From Eukaryota sp. TZLM1-RC (taxonomy: Eukaryota; Protista; Metamonada: BaSk clade): DNA of 64,000 nucleotides. The notes beneath the pieces were generated by a model. The model was not told the origin of the DNA. It saw only the letters and a program-made list of their open reading frames with translations, and made no database searches. The translations under genes were made by a program, and so were the position numbers. Below are positions 22,835 to 34,599 of the stretch, piece after piece. The stretch covers positions 628,159 to 692,158 of the forward strand of contig JAUPSS010000011.1 of assembly GCA_040285825.1 (NCBI GenBank). Reading direction: 5' to 3'. Within the stretch, counting starts at the first letter, position 1, and each line of letters opens with the position of its first letter.

Positions 22835-23082
22835 CTACTGATGATGTGATACTTTCCTAATCTGGAGGGTCACCTTTAGCCAAGGCTAACATATAAAGGG
22901 ATACCATTGAAACTGTTGATTAAGTACAACCTTATCAGCCATGTACTATATTGAAAGTGAATAATATCAATTGTTACTAATTATTGATGCAATACGCTAC
23001 TAATTTATCAGCCAAAAAATGTCATTAAAAAATCCCATTAACAACTCATCTATTTATCTCTTAAACAATCAAGGACCATGAC

Positions 23083-25690
23083 ATGCGTAATTTGCTTTTT
23101 AAGTGTGTTCACAATAGCCACTTAGCTACTGTCAGAGGAACATCCTTCCTTAAATATTTTTTACTGTGCAGGAAGTTAGAGCTTGATTTTATGAATGGTT
23201 GTGATTACTATGCATTTCAAATTGAAGAAACAATTTCCCCAATCGAAATTCCAAATTCAATGCATGAATACGACTATGATGCCTTTTCTATTTTAATGAT
23301 TTCTCAATTCAATAACCCGATTTAAGCTCCATAATTTTCAAAGAATCAATTGAATTAGTTGCAAGGAGGAAGTATGTTGTAAAACCAAATAACGAAAAGA
23401 TTCCAGATTTGTAACTATCAAAGATTGAAGCTAAAAAAGTAAATAAAGATATGGATATTTCGAATTGCACTCTGAAACAGAAAATCAGTTATAATTTATT
23501 GAATTATTATATCCACTTTTACAAAATCTTGATACTGAGCTTGGTCAAAGAAGGATCAATTTCCAGATAATACATCAATGAATCGAGTTTCACACTATAC
23601 GGCCAAACAACTTGCCATTAATTATGGAAATAATCTCCGCAAACACTTTCATCGATACGTTTTGCGTTGGCTAAACATTATCACCTTGAAGTAGTTCAGA
23701 CTAGAACAAATTCAGGAAAATCATTTGAGAAAGAATTATTGACTAAACTCAAAAAAGTCAGGTGAAGCCATTATCCGTATGAACTTTGATGAACTTCCTA
23801 TCAATGGTCACATTGTTTTTCCCTTTCCCCAGTCAGAGTTGACTTCGAAGTTTTTTGCTTATGTGAAACATTGCTGAATTCCAACTTTTATTTAATGTAA
23901 AAATCTTTATTATACTCAATAAGCCAAGCCACTGAATTTTCTCTCTCATGCTATAGTTGTTAACAGAACCATTCAATCATTCTGTTCCCAGGATGGCAAA
24001 CCTTTGTCAGTCAGTAATCCTTTTGCATTGACAACTACATTGATTCCACAGAATATAAGACTTGATACTCATTGGGTCAATGAAAGATTGGGCAATTTCA
24101 AAGGGAGAGCAAATGACATAAGGTCATCAGTTTTTACCGAAATGCTAACTGATAAGGCATTAGATTCTTACAAACGTGAGACTAAAGGTTGCTCTCAATT
24201 GTAACAGACAGGATTGCTTGTTCAGTCGTCTTAATTCGTAAAGACCAGGTTGATGAAAATGGAAATGTTTTCAAAAATTTTACTTCCAAGACGTTAGCGC
24301 ACCCAGAGCGATGCATACATTCCTTGTCTGAAAATGTCGAAAAGGTGAAGTTAAAAGATAAAAGAATAGTTGCCATTGACCCTAACGAGTACGATTTAAT
24401 GCACTGTGTTTCTCCAAATCCTACTGTAACTATTACCCCAGAACAAATTTCACAAAATGTGTTTTATAAAAAAGGACAACTTCCAGAAATTAGAAGCAAA
24501 AAACACAAATGCATTAAAAGAAGAAAAAAACAATTACAAAATCTATAAACCTATTCAAACTCTGACTCTGATTATGTACGGCTGAAACTCAAACACTGGA
24601 GGAACACGTTCAAATATACTGCCGGTGAACACCAATTTGACAGAAAAAGTACCAAATATCGTTCAACGGAAAAAAGGAAAAAAGAAAATTGGAAAGTACA
24701 ATTACCTCATGGTGATTACTCAAGTCAGGATATTGGAAATCAATTTTCTTTATTTGTATCAAACAGACAACAAAAATCTTGTTTCAGTCAACATTTTGGT
24801 CATTACATCAAGGAATTTGAGCAATGCAATGTTCATAAATATACTTTTTACCAAGATATATGGTTCAGAAAAAGAAAATTTCAAACGTATTCGAATAATC
24901 AAAGAAGTGAAAAAAACATGTTGAAAAGATTCAAATTGACCTTTGGCTCCCCTGAAAACGTAGTTACTGGTTATGGTGACTGGAGCTCGAAAGAAAAAAC
25001 AAGGAAGGGAAAAAAGACAACCATAAGAGGAACCGAAATTCGCAAACTATTAAGAAGATTTGGTCATCGAATTTTCCTAGTTGATGAATATAGAACGAGT
25101 ATATCTTGTCCTAGTTGTGCTGCCAAGGGAAATTTTGGAGAATGTGTCAATGATTCTTGTATTAAAGTGTTAGGTCCTAAGTGCAAACGACAACTAAAAA
25201 GAAAAGCAAACAGTTAAAACAAGAAATTGATTTATTTAATCAAAACAATCCTACTAGAAAAAGAGATTTTCAACAAGAATGGGGTGAGCAGAAGGATTCA
25301 CTAGAAGAAAAAGCAAAATCCACATCGTGGGGTTTAGTGAAGTGTCAGACGTGCAACACGTATTGGAATAGAGACTTCAACTGTGCCATAAATAAATATT
25401 CCATTATAACATCTGCAATCAACGGTAAAGGTAGACCAAAAACTCAAACAAAAAATTTCGAAAATGGATCATCTACTTCACAGAGAGATCAGAAAAAGAA
25501 GACTGCTGAGAAGGACAAAAAACCGAAAAGATTTGGTAAATGTCGCGGAAAAGGCCACAACAGAAGAAACTGTCCATCGCAAGTTCCTGAAACTAGCATA
25601 TCCTCATCGGGCACTAAAAGAAGACAAGGAGGAACTAAAAAGAGAGTAATCAAGACGATCTCTGTAGAAGAAAAAATCAGTCCATCTTAA
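23083..25690 (+). pseudogene. Degraded Fanzor1 nuclease with C-terminal zinc-knuckle tail
   Basis: N-terminus 'RNLLFKCVHNSHLATVRGTSFLKYFLL', 'SIVTDRIACSVVL', RuvC-I 'IVAIDPNEYDL', 'GYGDWS', 'LVDEYRTSISCPSC', 'WGLVKCQTCNTYWNRDFNCAIN..GKGRP'. Many frameshifts. Confidence 0.88.
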
Positions 25691-25693
25691 TCG

Positions 25694-26333
25694 ATGTGGC
25701 AGCTCAATTGTGTCAGGAGTTGTAATGAAGAATGGATTTCCAATGTAGGTTTGGTGAATGCATATGGATTTGGACTCACAGTATTTATCTCTCTTCAAGC
25801 AAATGCATATTTTTCGCTCCTTCCAGTCTCTTTCTCTTCAAAGGCAACAGAAGTTCTTATGTTTGTGGGTGTGGTCCTCTTTTTTTGTGGTCATACCATT
25901 TTTTATATTCTTCCCTCGTTTCTTAAGTATAGATGACGACGTAGTACCACTTGTGTCAATTGGCATGGTTTCCGCTGGAGTGACTTGCCTCTTGTCTGCT
26001 ATTTTTTCATCTAAACCCCAACACTCCTTACTTTGCTTTGTTTTTGTTTCAATCACATCTGTTTTACATGGTTTTGTCACTCTTGTTGTTTATGGCTTGA
26101 CAAAATCATTTCATCTTCGCTGCCGAGACGACCCTGATACATGTTCAGACTCTCGCTTTCTCATCACTTTCTTCATAGCTAGTGCAATGTATAGCTTTCT
26201 ATTAGTCCCTCCTCTCTTCATTTCGACTTCAATACATATATCAACAATGCCACTACCACCATGGGAGCTCGCTGATGCTAAGCTTGATGCAAAAATAGAA
26301 CAATGTGAGGAAAGTTCACATAATTTTGATTAA
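25694..26333 (+). CDS. Multi-pass membrane protein, probably one gene frameshifted at the T-run near 25880
   Basis: ORFs 25694-25936 and 25758-26333 join into a continuous hydrophobic protein if the T homopolymer length is adjusted. Confidence 0.55.
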
Positions 26334-26396
26334 AAAAATCTTTTTAAATAATTTATTTACAAATAATAATTTTCAACAATAAATAAAACAATAAAA

Positions 26397-29300
26397 TTAA
26401 ATTATTTCTGAAATAATGCCAAACTCATTCGAATTTGAGATTAATAAATTCTTGAATTTTGATAAACTATCATTACCATCATTAAACAAATCAACTAATT
26501 TTAACATAGATTGATTTGAAGGAATGAAATCAACCAATTTAATAAAGTTTTGAAATTCAGTATTTGATTGAACAGAATCAATCAAATTGATTGACAGTGA
26601 CAACAATTGTATGAAACAATTTAAAATTTTATTTAAAAAGTTCTGATCAAATGAATCCAATGGAGCACGACCAACCAAAGCAGAAACGTTAATCAAAAGA
26701 TTAATCAAATTTGGATTTGATTGATTGAAGTTTGATTGAGAGCTAATCACATTTGTATCAATTGGTAAACAATATTCCAACAAATTCACCAAATAATACT
26801 GATCAGTACCCATCAAGCAATGAGTTGAAAAAGGAAACAAATTAACATTTGATTGATTAAAAAGAGTTTGAAACCTGGAAATATTAGAAAAGCAGTAAAT
26901 CAAATCAAATGCAATCAAATCTAGGGTATTTTGATTGAATTCCGAGTAATTGGTGGTTAAAAATTTTGACAAAAATTGATCAATAAACATTGGTGAAGGT
27001 GAATTAATGGAAAAAAGAGTAGAAAAAATCGAAAACTCCTTAATAAAACCCATTTTCAAATATTTGATAAATGTATCTGAAATTTTTAACAAAAAAACTT
27101 CCACTGCAGTTTCTGTTGACGAAAAGTACTTGATCAATAAATCAATCAAATTTTGATAGAAGTCAACAACCAGGAAGGTGGGAGTAGACTGGTTTTCAGT
27201 TGGATCAGTAAAAGTACTAATAACAAAGTTGAGTAACCTCACAGTAAATGATTCTGGAATTTGACAATAATCAATCAATCCTATCAAATTGATTGCCCAT
27301 GAACCGAGAGTTAAGTTCATAAAATTTTGGTTGACAAGTTCAAAATTCTGAGCCAAAGTTGCAACAACAATTGAAAATAAATTAGAATTTTGAACTGCGT
27401 TAACATTGTTTGAGAATACATTGACTAAACAATTAACAAAAAGCAAATGGTTTTTTCTAGAAATCAAGTTCAAGCATAAAGTCCAAAATTCAAAGACTTC
27501 AGGTGACCGGAAAGTACCAAAATTGACTGAATTTATCAATAATAAATAAATTGAACTAACTTCTGTATTTGGTTTGGTAAAATCGTCCATCAAGAGGTCA
27601 ACTGACTGCCAAATTGATAATCCCCAGGTGGTGACAATTTTGGCTAGCGATGAATAAAATAGACTAGAAAGTCGTTGCCTAAGGGATACTTTGCAAAGGA
27701 ATAGTAACACAGGAATAGCTGACGTCATTGCTAGATCAATACTGGGTAGGTCAATAAGAAAATTGAGCCAATGGAGTGTCAAATTTTCAACAAAGAGATC
27801 AAAATTTGGTCCAAAATTGACATCAGACAAAACTTGAAAAAATTGAGTGATGAAAGAAACTATATTAATTAGATTTAAATCAGACTTGAATGAAGTTTGC
27901 TGAAGATTTTCTGGGAATAATTTCAAGCAAAAAACGATCAAAGCTTTTGCAAAAGCACGAGAAGTAATTAATTTTGGAAATAAGTCAAAAAGAATTGACA
28001 AGGATGACTTCAAGTGTTCAGCAATAATATTTAAATCAAAAAATCCAAGAATTTCAATCAAACAAATGGATAAGGAAGCCATAACATCAGTAGATAATTT
28101 CTTTTCCTTAAAAAGGACGATGGTGTTGTTGAAAATACTGAGAAAAAACTCAAAAAAGGAATCGGGAAGCAAAACATGACTTTGAGATGATAACAAAGTC
28201 ACTAATCGGGAAAAAAAGGATAGATCATAATAAACGTGGTCCATAACGTCATGGTCGCTCAACAATCTTGACGGGCTAAGATTTTGATCAAAAGAAAAAA
28301 GAAAACACGACTTAATTAGATTTTCAATGTAAAGGAAGTTATTACCAATATTGTATTGAGAGAAAAAGACCACCAACGATGATAAAGTATTGTCTGGTGG
28401 AAAATTAAGAAACTTACAAATGTCACTTAAATGCAAAGACGGACTTTGCAAAAATTCAGAATTTAAAAGATGACTAAATAAATTCGAAAGTGCTAAACCA
28501 TTCAGAATGACAATTGAAACACCAAAGCTATCAAATACTGATTTGAAAACCATACCAATAGTAGTTGATTGTTCGGTCATTTCCAAATCAAATCTGGCTA
28601 AAGAGGTGGATAGAAAAGCCGGTGAAGTTCTCGGTAACGTAATACTGTATTCAGGATCAGAAACTTGACTGTCAGAATGATTGATTAACAGAAAATTGAT
28701 GATTGACAGTTTATAAAAGGACTCTGACAAAAACTTTCCAATTTCAAAGCAATTTCGATGATGTGCGAATTCAAGCACAATTTGAGGACTTAATTTACAA
28801 ACAAAGGAAATCAGTAAAAGAAATGAATCATCTTTTTCGCAACAATTATCAAAGAGTAATTCGAGACAAAAGTCGACGAATCTTTTGACTGATCCATTGG
28901 AGGGATTCAAATCAAACAGACACTTCGGAATTAATACAAGAAGAGAAGAAGGAAACGCTGAAACCTTATCTAAGTATCCATATAAAGATCTATCAAGAGA
29001 TAAAAGGTCAAATAACGGCGAGTCAAAGTCAAGGGTACCTTCAGACCCTTCTTTTCCTTTTTCTACCTTTTCTTTTTCTTCTTTTTCTTTTTTGTGCTCA
29101 GAATTCCAGAAAAAGTCAGATTTTGAAATATTGTAGTTAGTAGTAATGTGATCAACTTCAAAAAGGGAAGAAGCACCAGATACTACAGAACCAATTGAAC
29201 AAGATCTAGATCTACAATCTATACTGGAAACTGATGACTCATCAGGGTCAGAAAATGATTGACTTGTTTCAGGAAAAGAATGTGCAAGATTTAATTCGCA

Positions 29301-31061
29301 ATTAAATTGTGAATTTCCCTTAAATGGAGATAGAAGTGTTTCTTTGGTTGAAACTAATTCTGAATTGGATCTTTGACAAAAAAACTTGGAAACAGAAACG
29401 ACAACATCCAACAAGACACAAGATTCAAGCTCCAGTAAATAATTATTTTGAGGGCCAACAAAGATTAGCAAAGTATTAATTAACCATGATAGAGATGTTA
29501 GTAAAGGTAAAAATGAGGGGAGATCTAAACCTGAATTCGATTGGATTAAAGATTCAAATTTGACTAAAAAACAAACCAAAACACATAGGAAATCGGAAAC
29601 CCAATCACAAAACTGATTATCTTCACTATCATTTTGATTTGATTGGTAGCTTCTCAAGATCATACCGTTAATTCCACAGAAAAATAAAGCAAGATTAAGT
29701 GCTGAAACATTATTTGAATTACTTAAACAGTGCTTTAAAAGTCCCGAAATTAATTTTAAATCAATTAATTGATGGAGGTCCAAAAACTCGGAAAGAATAA
29801 CAAAATGGTCAATTACTGTTACAATAAGAGAAGAGTCTCTATGGCTGAGTGATTTTAACATTGATGAGTAAAATACTTGAGGAAAAGAATTGGAAACTTT
29901 CTTGAATAAATCTTTTGTATTAGAAACTAAATGTAAATTGACAACATTAATTGAGTGATTATTTAACGACAAGTTTCTGACACTACCAATACAAATAAGG
30001 AAAAGTTCAAAAAATTCAGCTAATATTAAAGAATCAATATCTGAAAATTGAAAAAGAAACGTACATAATCTGCTTAGATGACAACTAAACACAATCATTT
30101 GGTCCAATCCATCAATTTTGATTGATTGACTATCATTGACACAGCAACTGCCACGTAACCAGTCAGAAAACCCTTGAAACAGCTCATAATCTCTAACTAA
30201 CAAGTGACTCAATGAATGAAAAAGTTTATGATAGACCTTTTCTGAAAATGCAGTTGAAGGCAACCTTCGAAAAAGGTCAAAAAGGCAAATAATACATGAT
30301 TGGTGGCAGTTAATAACTGGGAAGAGTACACAGTCAATCAAATCATTAACGACAGCAAGTGAATGCTTTAATGCATAGTCAAAAACTAAAGGAAACAAAG
30401 AACTAAATCGTTTTTCAAAATTTAAATTAAATTTACTACTATTTTCAAGATAAACTCCAACTATTAATATAAAAAGATCAACTATTTTAAAAGATTTGGT
30501 TATTATTAAGTTACTTTTAAAATGATTTTCAAAGCAAAAAAGAATATTATCAAGTGTTATAAAAGTAAAGTCTTCAAAACGAGTCAGTAAATTGACCCAT
30601 GTTATGGAGCTACTCTTTTCACCTGATGAGCTATCTGCCAACTCATGACAAGACTCAGCCATTATTGCTGAGTAAACAGCCAGAGGAAGAGAAAGATCAA
30701 AAAAATCATCCTTTCCTTTCGGTGTAAAAAGCTCCATAAAAAAGCTTGGGCAGCTACTTTCAATTAAAAGACAAAGAGTTGTGTCAAGTGAAGTAATCAT
30801 TGACTGAGTGAACAACTTTGAGTTTGGTGAGTTAAGGCATAGACCTCTTACAACAGTCTGTACAACCGATGCTACAGCTGACACCGAAGCAGAGTCAGTG
30901 GTAAGGGTTCGTTGAAGATAGAAGCAAAGGTGTGAGGTGAAAAGTTGTTGGTCAGATTCAATGGATGTTACTGACTGTAGAAGAGTGAGCAACTCTTGGC
31001 AATGTGAAGCATTGTACCTGTGTTTTCTAAGATGTGTGAAGATATTCTTCAAAGACTTCAT
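26397..31061 (-). CDS. Large hypothetical protein (1554 aa), Leu/Phe/Ser-rich, possibly alpha-solenoid
   Basis: Uninterrupted 4.7-kb ORF with no recognisable catalytic motif. Confidence 0.8.
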   Translation of the reverse strand: MKSLKNIFTHLRKHRYNASHCQELLTLLQSVTSIESDQQLFTSHLCFYLQRTLTTDSASVSAVASVVQTVVRGLCLNSPNSKLFTQSMITSLDTTLCLLIESSCPSFFMELFTPKGKDDFFDLSLPLAVYSAIMAESCHELADSSSGEKSSSITWVNLLTRFEDFTFITLDNILFCFENHFKSNLIITKSFKIVDLFILIVGVYLENSSKFNLNFEKRFSSLFPLVFDYALKHSLAVVNDLIDCVLFPVINCHQSCIICLFDLFRRLPSTAFSEKVYHKLFHSLSHLLVRDYELFQGFSDWLRGSCCVNDSQSIKIDGLDQMIVFSCHLSRLCTFLFQFSDIDSLILAEFFELFLICIGSVRNLSLNNHSINVVNLHLVSNTKDLFKKVSNSFPQVFYSSMLKSLSHRDSSLIVTVIDHFVILSEFLDLHQLIDLKLISGLLKHCLSNSNNVSALNLALFFCGINGMILRSYQSNQNDSEDNQFCDWVSDFLCVLVCFLVKFESLIQSNSGLDLPSFLPLLTSLSWLINTLLIFVGPQNNYLLELESCVLLDVVVSVSKFFCQRSNSELVSTKETLLSPFKGNSQFNCELNLAHSFPETSQSFSDPDESSVSSIDCRSRSCSIGSVVSGASSLFEVDHITTNYNISKSDFFWNSEHKKEKEEKEKVEKGKEGSEGTLDFDSPLFDLLSLDRSLYGYLDKVSAFPSSLLVLIPKCLFDLNPSNGSVKRFVDFCLELLFDNCCEKDDSFLLLISFVCKLSPQIVLEFAHHRNCFEIGKFLSESFYKLSIINFLLINHSDSQVSDPEYSITLPRTSPAFLSTSLARFDLEMTEQSTTIGMVFKSVFDSFGVSIVILNGLALSNLFSHLLNSEFLQSPSLHLSDICKFLNFPPDNTLSSLVVFFSQYNIGNNFLYIENLIKSCFLFSFDQNLSPSRLLSDHDVMDHVYYDLSFFSRLVTLLSSQSHVLLPDSFFEFFLSIFNNTIVLFKEKKLSTDVMASLSICLIEILGFFDLNIIAEHLKSSLSILFDLFPKLITSRAFAKALIVFCLKLFPENLQQTSFKSDLNLINIVSFITQFFQVLSDVNFGPNFDLFVENLTLHWLNFLIDLPSIDLAMTSAIPVLLFLCKVSLRQRLSSLFYSSLAKIVTTWGLSIWQSVDLLMDDFTKPNTEVSSIYLLLINSVNFGTFRSPEVFEFWTLCLNLISRKNHLLFVNCLVNVFSNNVNAVQNSNLFSIVVATLAQNFELVNQNFMNLTLGSWAINLIGLIDYCQIPESFTVRLLNFVISTFTDPTENQSTPTFLVVDFYQNLIDLLIKYFSSTETAVEVFLLKISDTFIKYLKMGFIKEFSIFSTLFSINSPSPMFIDQFLSKFLTTNYSEFNQNTLDLIAFDLIYCFSNISRFQTLFNQSNVNLFPFSTHCLMGTDQYYLVNLLEYCLPIDTNVISSQSNFNQSNPNLINLLINVSALVGRAPLDSFDQNFLNKILNCFIQLLSLSINLIDSVQSNTEFQNFIKLVDFIPSNQSMLKLVDLFNDGNDSLSKFKNLLISNSNEFGIISEII

Positions 31062-31149
31062 TATTGCAGATATAGTCTATAACAAAGGTATAAGTGTTCT
31101 TTTTACACCAATGTGGAGGGAGTGAGTTTTTTGAGAAGTGGAAGATTTT
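31062..31149 (-). promoter_or_regulatory. Conserved upstream module, copy B (homologous to 7779-7847)
   Basis: Same ordered blocks as copy A plus a ~15-nt insertion; ends at the ATG of the 1554-aa gene. Confidence 0.55.
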
Positions 31150-32534
31150 GGTGTTGGGGATAAATTTGAATTTTTTTATTAAATTTCGAAATAGAATTAT
31201 TTCTTAAACAACTAAGCCTCCACTTCCTCAAAAACTGCCTCTGCAACATCGAAATAATTTCTTAACGATATGTAAATCGACCAAAAGAGGACAGCGAATG
31301 TACAATTAATTTCACCATTTTCTCATAAATTGAAAACACAATTTAATTTTGCAATAAAAATGACTTCCCCGCTTTGAAAATTTTTGAAGACGTGACCACA
31401 AAAGAAAATTGCACTTTCATTTTTGGTAACACATCATCAGATTTTTAGTCCAAAAAGTTTAAATAATTCCCCCAAATAAACTCTAATTCAATACTAGAAT
31501 TATTCCGACTCCTAATTACCGCCACATCATATCACGTCATCATATCACGTCAATCATTATCGGTTCTCTAATGACATTGTTTATAGCATTGCTTTTGAGC
31601 ATCATAAGATTTGTCTTCAACAATTTCCAGTAGTTCACCATTTCTAATGAACTAAATCAATATATCTGAAAGAAAAACTACAAGAGCTTTTTTCTTTGAG
31701 ATGAGGAAAAATCTTAGGAGGAATAATCCATTTTTTTATATAAAAATAACAGTTTTTTTTACTTTTTTTTTATTCAAACGAAGTTATTAAAAACTAAAAA
31801 TCAATTTCCTCAAACTCCAAATTCACCATTGGAAATTTACTCGGAGCATTTTCTTCACAAAATCTTTCTAGTGATAACTACGGGCTAGAAACAAGGCTAT
31901 GCATTCCTTTAAAAATAGAAAACACAATTCTGTTTTGTCAAACGGTTCGGTCAAATATTCTTCCAGTTCTATTTTCGACAACAGATGAAAAATCGTCTAT
32001 AAAAGATAAGATAATGCAGTTTTACCCAAGGTTCCAAATAAAGAAAAAGCAAAAGGACAAAGAAGGTATTGAGTATGTGAGTTGGAGTTCAAATTATTGA
32101 TCTTTTCAGCATATTTGATAATTTTCGCTTCTTTAGGTCTACGTAAAGGTGTATTAAAAGATGGTAGCAGTACTTTATTTGAACTGTTTGATACATCAGT
32201 AGATCTGACGTCAATAATGATCGTTGATCATGATAATAAAACTTTAACTTCACAAAAACTTATGCAATCAAATTTGGCAATGGTATTGATTCCCTATGAA
32301 TTGTTAAATACTCAATCTATTTTGTCAAGAAGTTGTTCCTAATCGAATAAATTCACCAGATTTATCATAATTTATTGTTAAAACAGAACCTTGTCACGTC
32401 ATCATTGTTGTCCAAGAGTTTCAAATGATACTCTCCAAATTAATCTTATTAGGATATCTGAAATTTAGAGAAATATCTTATTAGCGAATGATGTTGATTA
32501 TTTAGTCCGACTTCATTTTGCTACTTGGTCAGGA

Positions 32535-34508
32535 ATGAGGACAGCAGGGAAAGTGGCAGCGTCCCTTCTTACCGGGACTGTGGTTTTAGCTGGAGGAGTT
32601 GCTCTCTACCGTAAATTCGTTTCATCTAGCATTGATGTTTCAGATGATCTCTGTTTTCAATCTCTTCATAATGATCTCCCATGTTTACTCGATCTTCTAA
32701 ATCATCGATCTTTAAGAAAACGCATAGTAGCAACAAAATTTCTGTCCAAGCTTTCCAACACAGAGTACATGACGAAGTTAATATCAAGTCCCACCTTCGT
32801 AGGTTACATTCCTACTTTGTTGTCTGATTCATCAACATGCAGTGACTTCTTCAACTTCACCACAAGGGTTCTCTCAACCACCGCGCCCCCTGAACCTTTT
32901 CTGTCGTCTATAATTTCCAACTTTCATCATTTTCTCCTCCGTTCTCGTTCAATAGACAAGGCGTCCCTGCTTCTCTTAGACCTAACACGTTCTTCTGAAG
33001 GCATATGTCGTAGTGTGATGAGTAATTCATGCCTGATTGACGTCATTTATCTCTGCATTCTTGACCCTGAGCCATCTGACACTTGTAAACATAATTTGGT
33101 TTACATTCTTGTTTTGTTGAGTAATGTGAAAGATTTTAGTAAACTTTTATGTAATAAGGACATTTTATTTTTCTTGACTACCACAGAGTCAAGTTTTCAC
33201 TTACCGACATGTTCTCTTTTAGCAAATCTTAGTAGATGTCAAGAAAATCATCAAGTTTTGATTAATTTTCTCGGATTCATTTCTCGGTTGATTAATTCTT
33301 CACTTGAAGAAAATCGTTTTGGTGAAAGCTTTTCAGAATGTTTACGAAGTTTAGCCAGTCTTTCTGTTTCTGATCAAGTCGTAGAGTTTCTTAAACAAAG
33401 TGATCTGATAAAGACTTTGATTAATGTCTCTACATCAATTTCTCCTAATCATTCGTATGATCTTTTATGGTGTTTTTGGATCTTTGCTAATTTTTGCAGA
33501 ACATTAGAATTGAGTCAACTCTTAATTAAACTAAACATTATTAATTTTTCGTTAAACATACTGGGCGGGATTGATGAGCTCAAGAGAAGTACTTTTTCTA
33601 TTAACAAGTTGAATCCATTTTTGAAGTTACAGATAGGTAGATCATTTGGTAATATTGTTGAAGTTTTTGGCGACAAGCTCTCAAAAGATAATTTTTCTCA
33701 ATCACTGTTGATCGTCCGAAGTCTTTTGACGTCAACAACTGACAGGGTTAGAAACCAAGCATTCATTATTGTCGAACATTTACTTTCCATAAATTGCTAT
33801 AAGGAAAGAGTCAGAGAGTTTCTTTCAATCAATTCTCCATTGTTGATCTTTATTGATCGAACCACTGCTTCTAGTGCTATCAAGTCTCGAATTCAGCATC
33901 TTGGTGTCAATTCTACTGGTAACGATTCTTTTGAAATTCCCTTTCCCTTAAAAACTGGCTACACTTGGCATTGTATCTTTAATGAACCTTTACCAATATA
34001 TTTACCCATTCCAATGAATTATTACTATGCTATTGATCAAGATAGTTCATCAAATACTATTTATCTTTCCAAAAGTCCCATATCTAATACAAGATTTATT
34101 GAATGTGGCATTTCTATTTCATTTTTAATGGGGGTTTCTTCATTTGAAACAACACCTTCAGAACTAGGATTTCAATTTGTTTCCCGCTTTGTTGCTGGGG
34201 TTGAAGGTCGTTCTGATGTAGAATTGAGCAATGAAGTCACTAGCTCAAAATTTAGATGTTTTCAAACTTTTTCTGCGGTGATTACTGATCTTGAATCAAA
34301 GTACACAACAGAAGTAACTCAATCTCAAATAGATACGCCTATTGACAAAATTGAAGGTAAAAGGTTCATAAAGAATTTTGTAGTTTGTTTAGACAAAACT
34401 GATTTCTTGATTGTCTTCAATACACAAAGCTCACAAGACAATTGGAGTGAAGTTTTGCAAATAGAGCAGTTCATTTTGAATAGAATTCTTTTAGATGGTT
34501 TTGTTTGA
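32535..34508 (+). CDS. ARM-repeat-like protein with N-terminal membrane anchor
   Basis: Hydrophobic 'LLTGTVVLAGGVALY' followed by repeated helical 'LLANLS', 'SLASLS', 'IFANFC' segments; 657 aa. Confidence 0.7.
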   Translation: MRTAGKVAASLLTGTVVLAGGVALYRKFVSSSIDVSDDLCFQSLHNDLPCLLDLLNHRSLRKRIVATKFLSKLSNTEYMTKLISSPTFVGYIPTLLSDSSTCSDFFNFTTRVLSTTAPPEPFLSSIISNFHHFLLRSRSIDKASLLLLDLTRSSEGICRSVMSNSCLIDVIYLCILDPEPSDTCKHNLVYILVLLSNVKDFSKLLCNKDILFFLTTTESSFHLPTCSLLANLSRCQENHQVLINFLGFISRLINSSLEENRFGESFSECLRSLASLSVSDQVVEFLKQSDLIKTLINVSTSISPNHSYDLLWCFWIFANFCRTLELSQLLIKLNIINFSLNILGGIDELKRSTFSINKLNPFLKLQIGRSFGNIVEVFGDKLSKDNFSQSLLIVRSLLTSTTDRVRNQAFIIVEHLLSINCYKERVREFLSINSPLLIFIDRTTASSAIKSRIQHLGVNSTGNDSFEIPFPLKTGYTWHCIFNEPLPIYLPIPMNYYYAIDQDSSSNTIYLSKSPISNTRFIECGISISFLMGVSSFETTPSELGFQFVSRFVAGVEGRSDVELSNEVTSSKFRCFQTFSAVITDLESKYTTEVTQSQIDTPIDKIEGKRFIKNFVVCLDKTDFLIVFNTQSSQDNWSEVLQIEQFILNRILLDGFV

Positions 34509-34599
34509 GTCTTTGTAAATATTTTTCCCAATTTTTTGATCTTTCAATTATAAAATAATCAATTGATTTAAATTTATGGATTAATTACTTGAAAACTTA

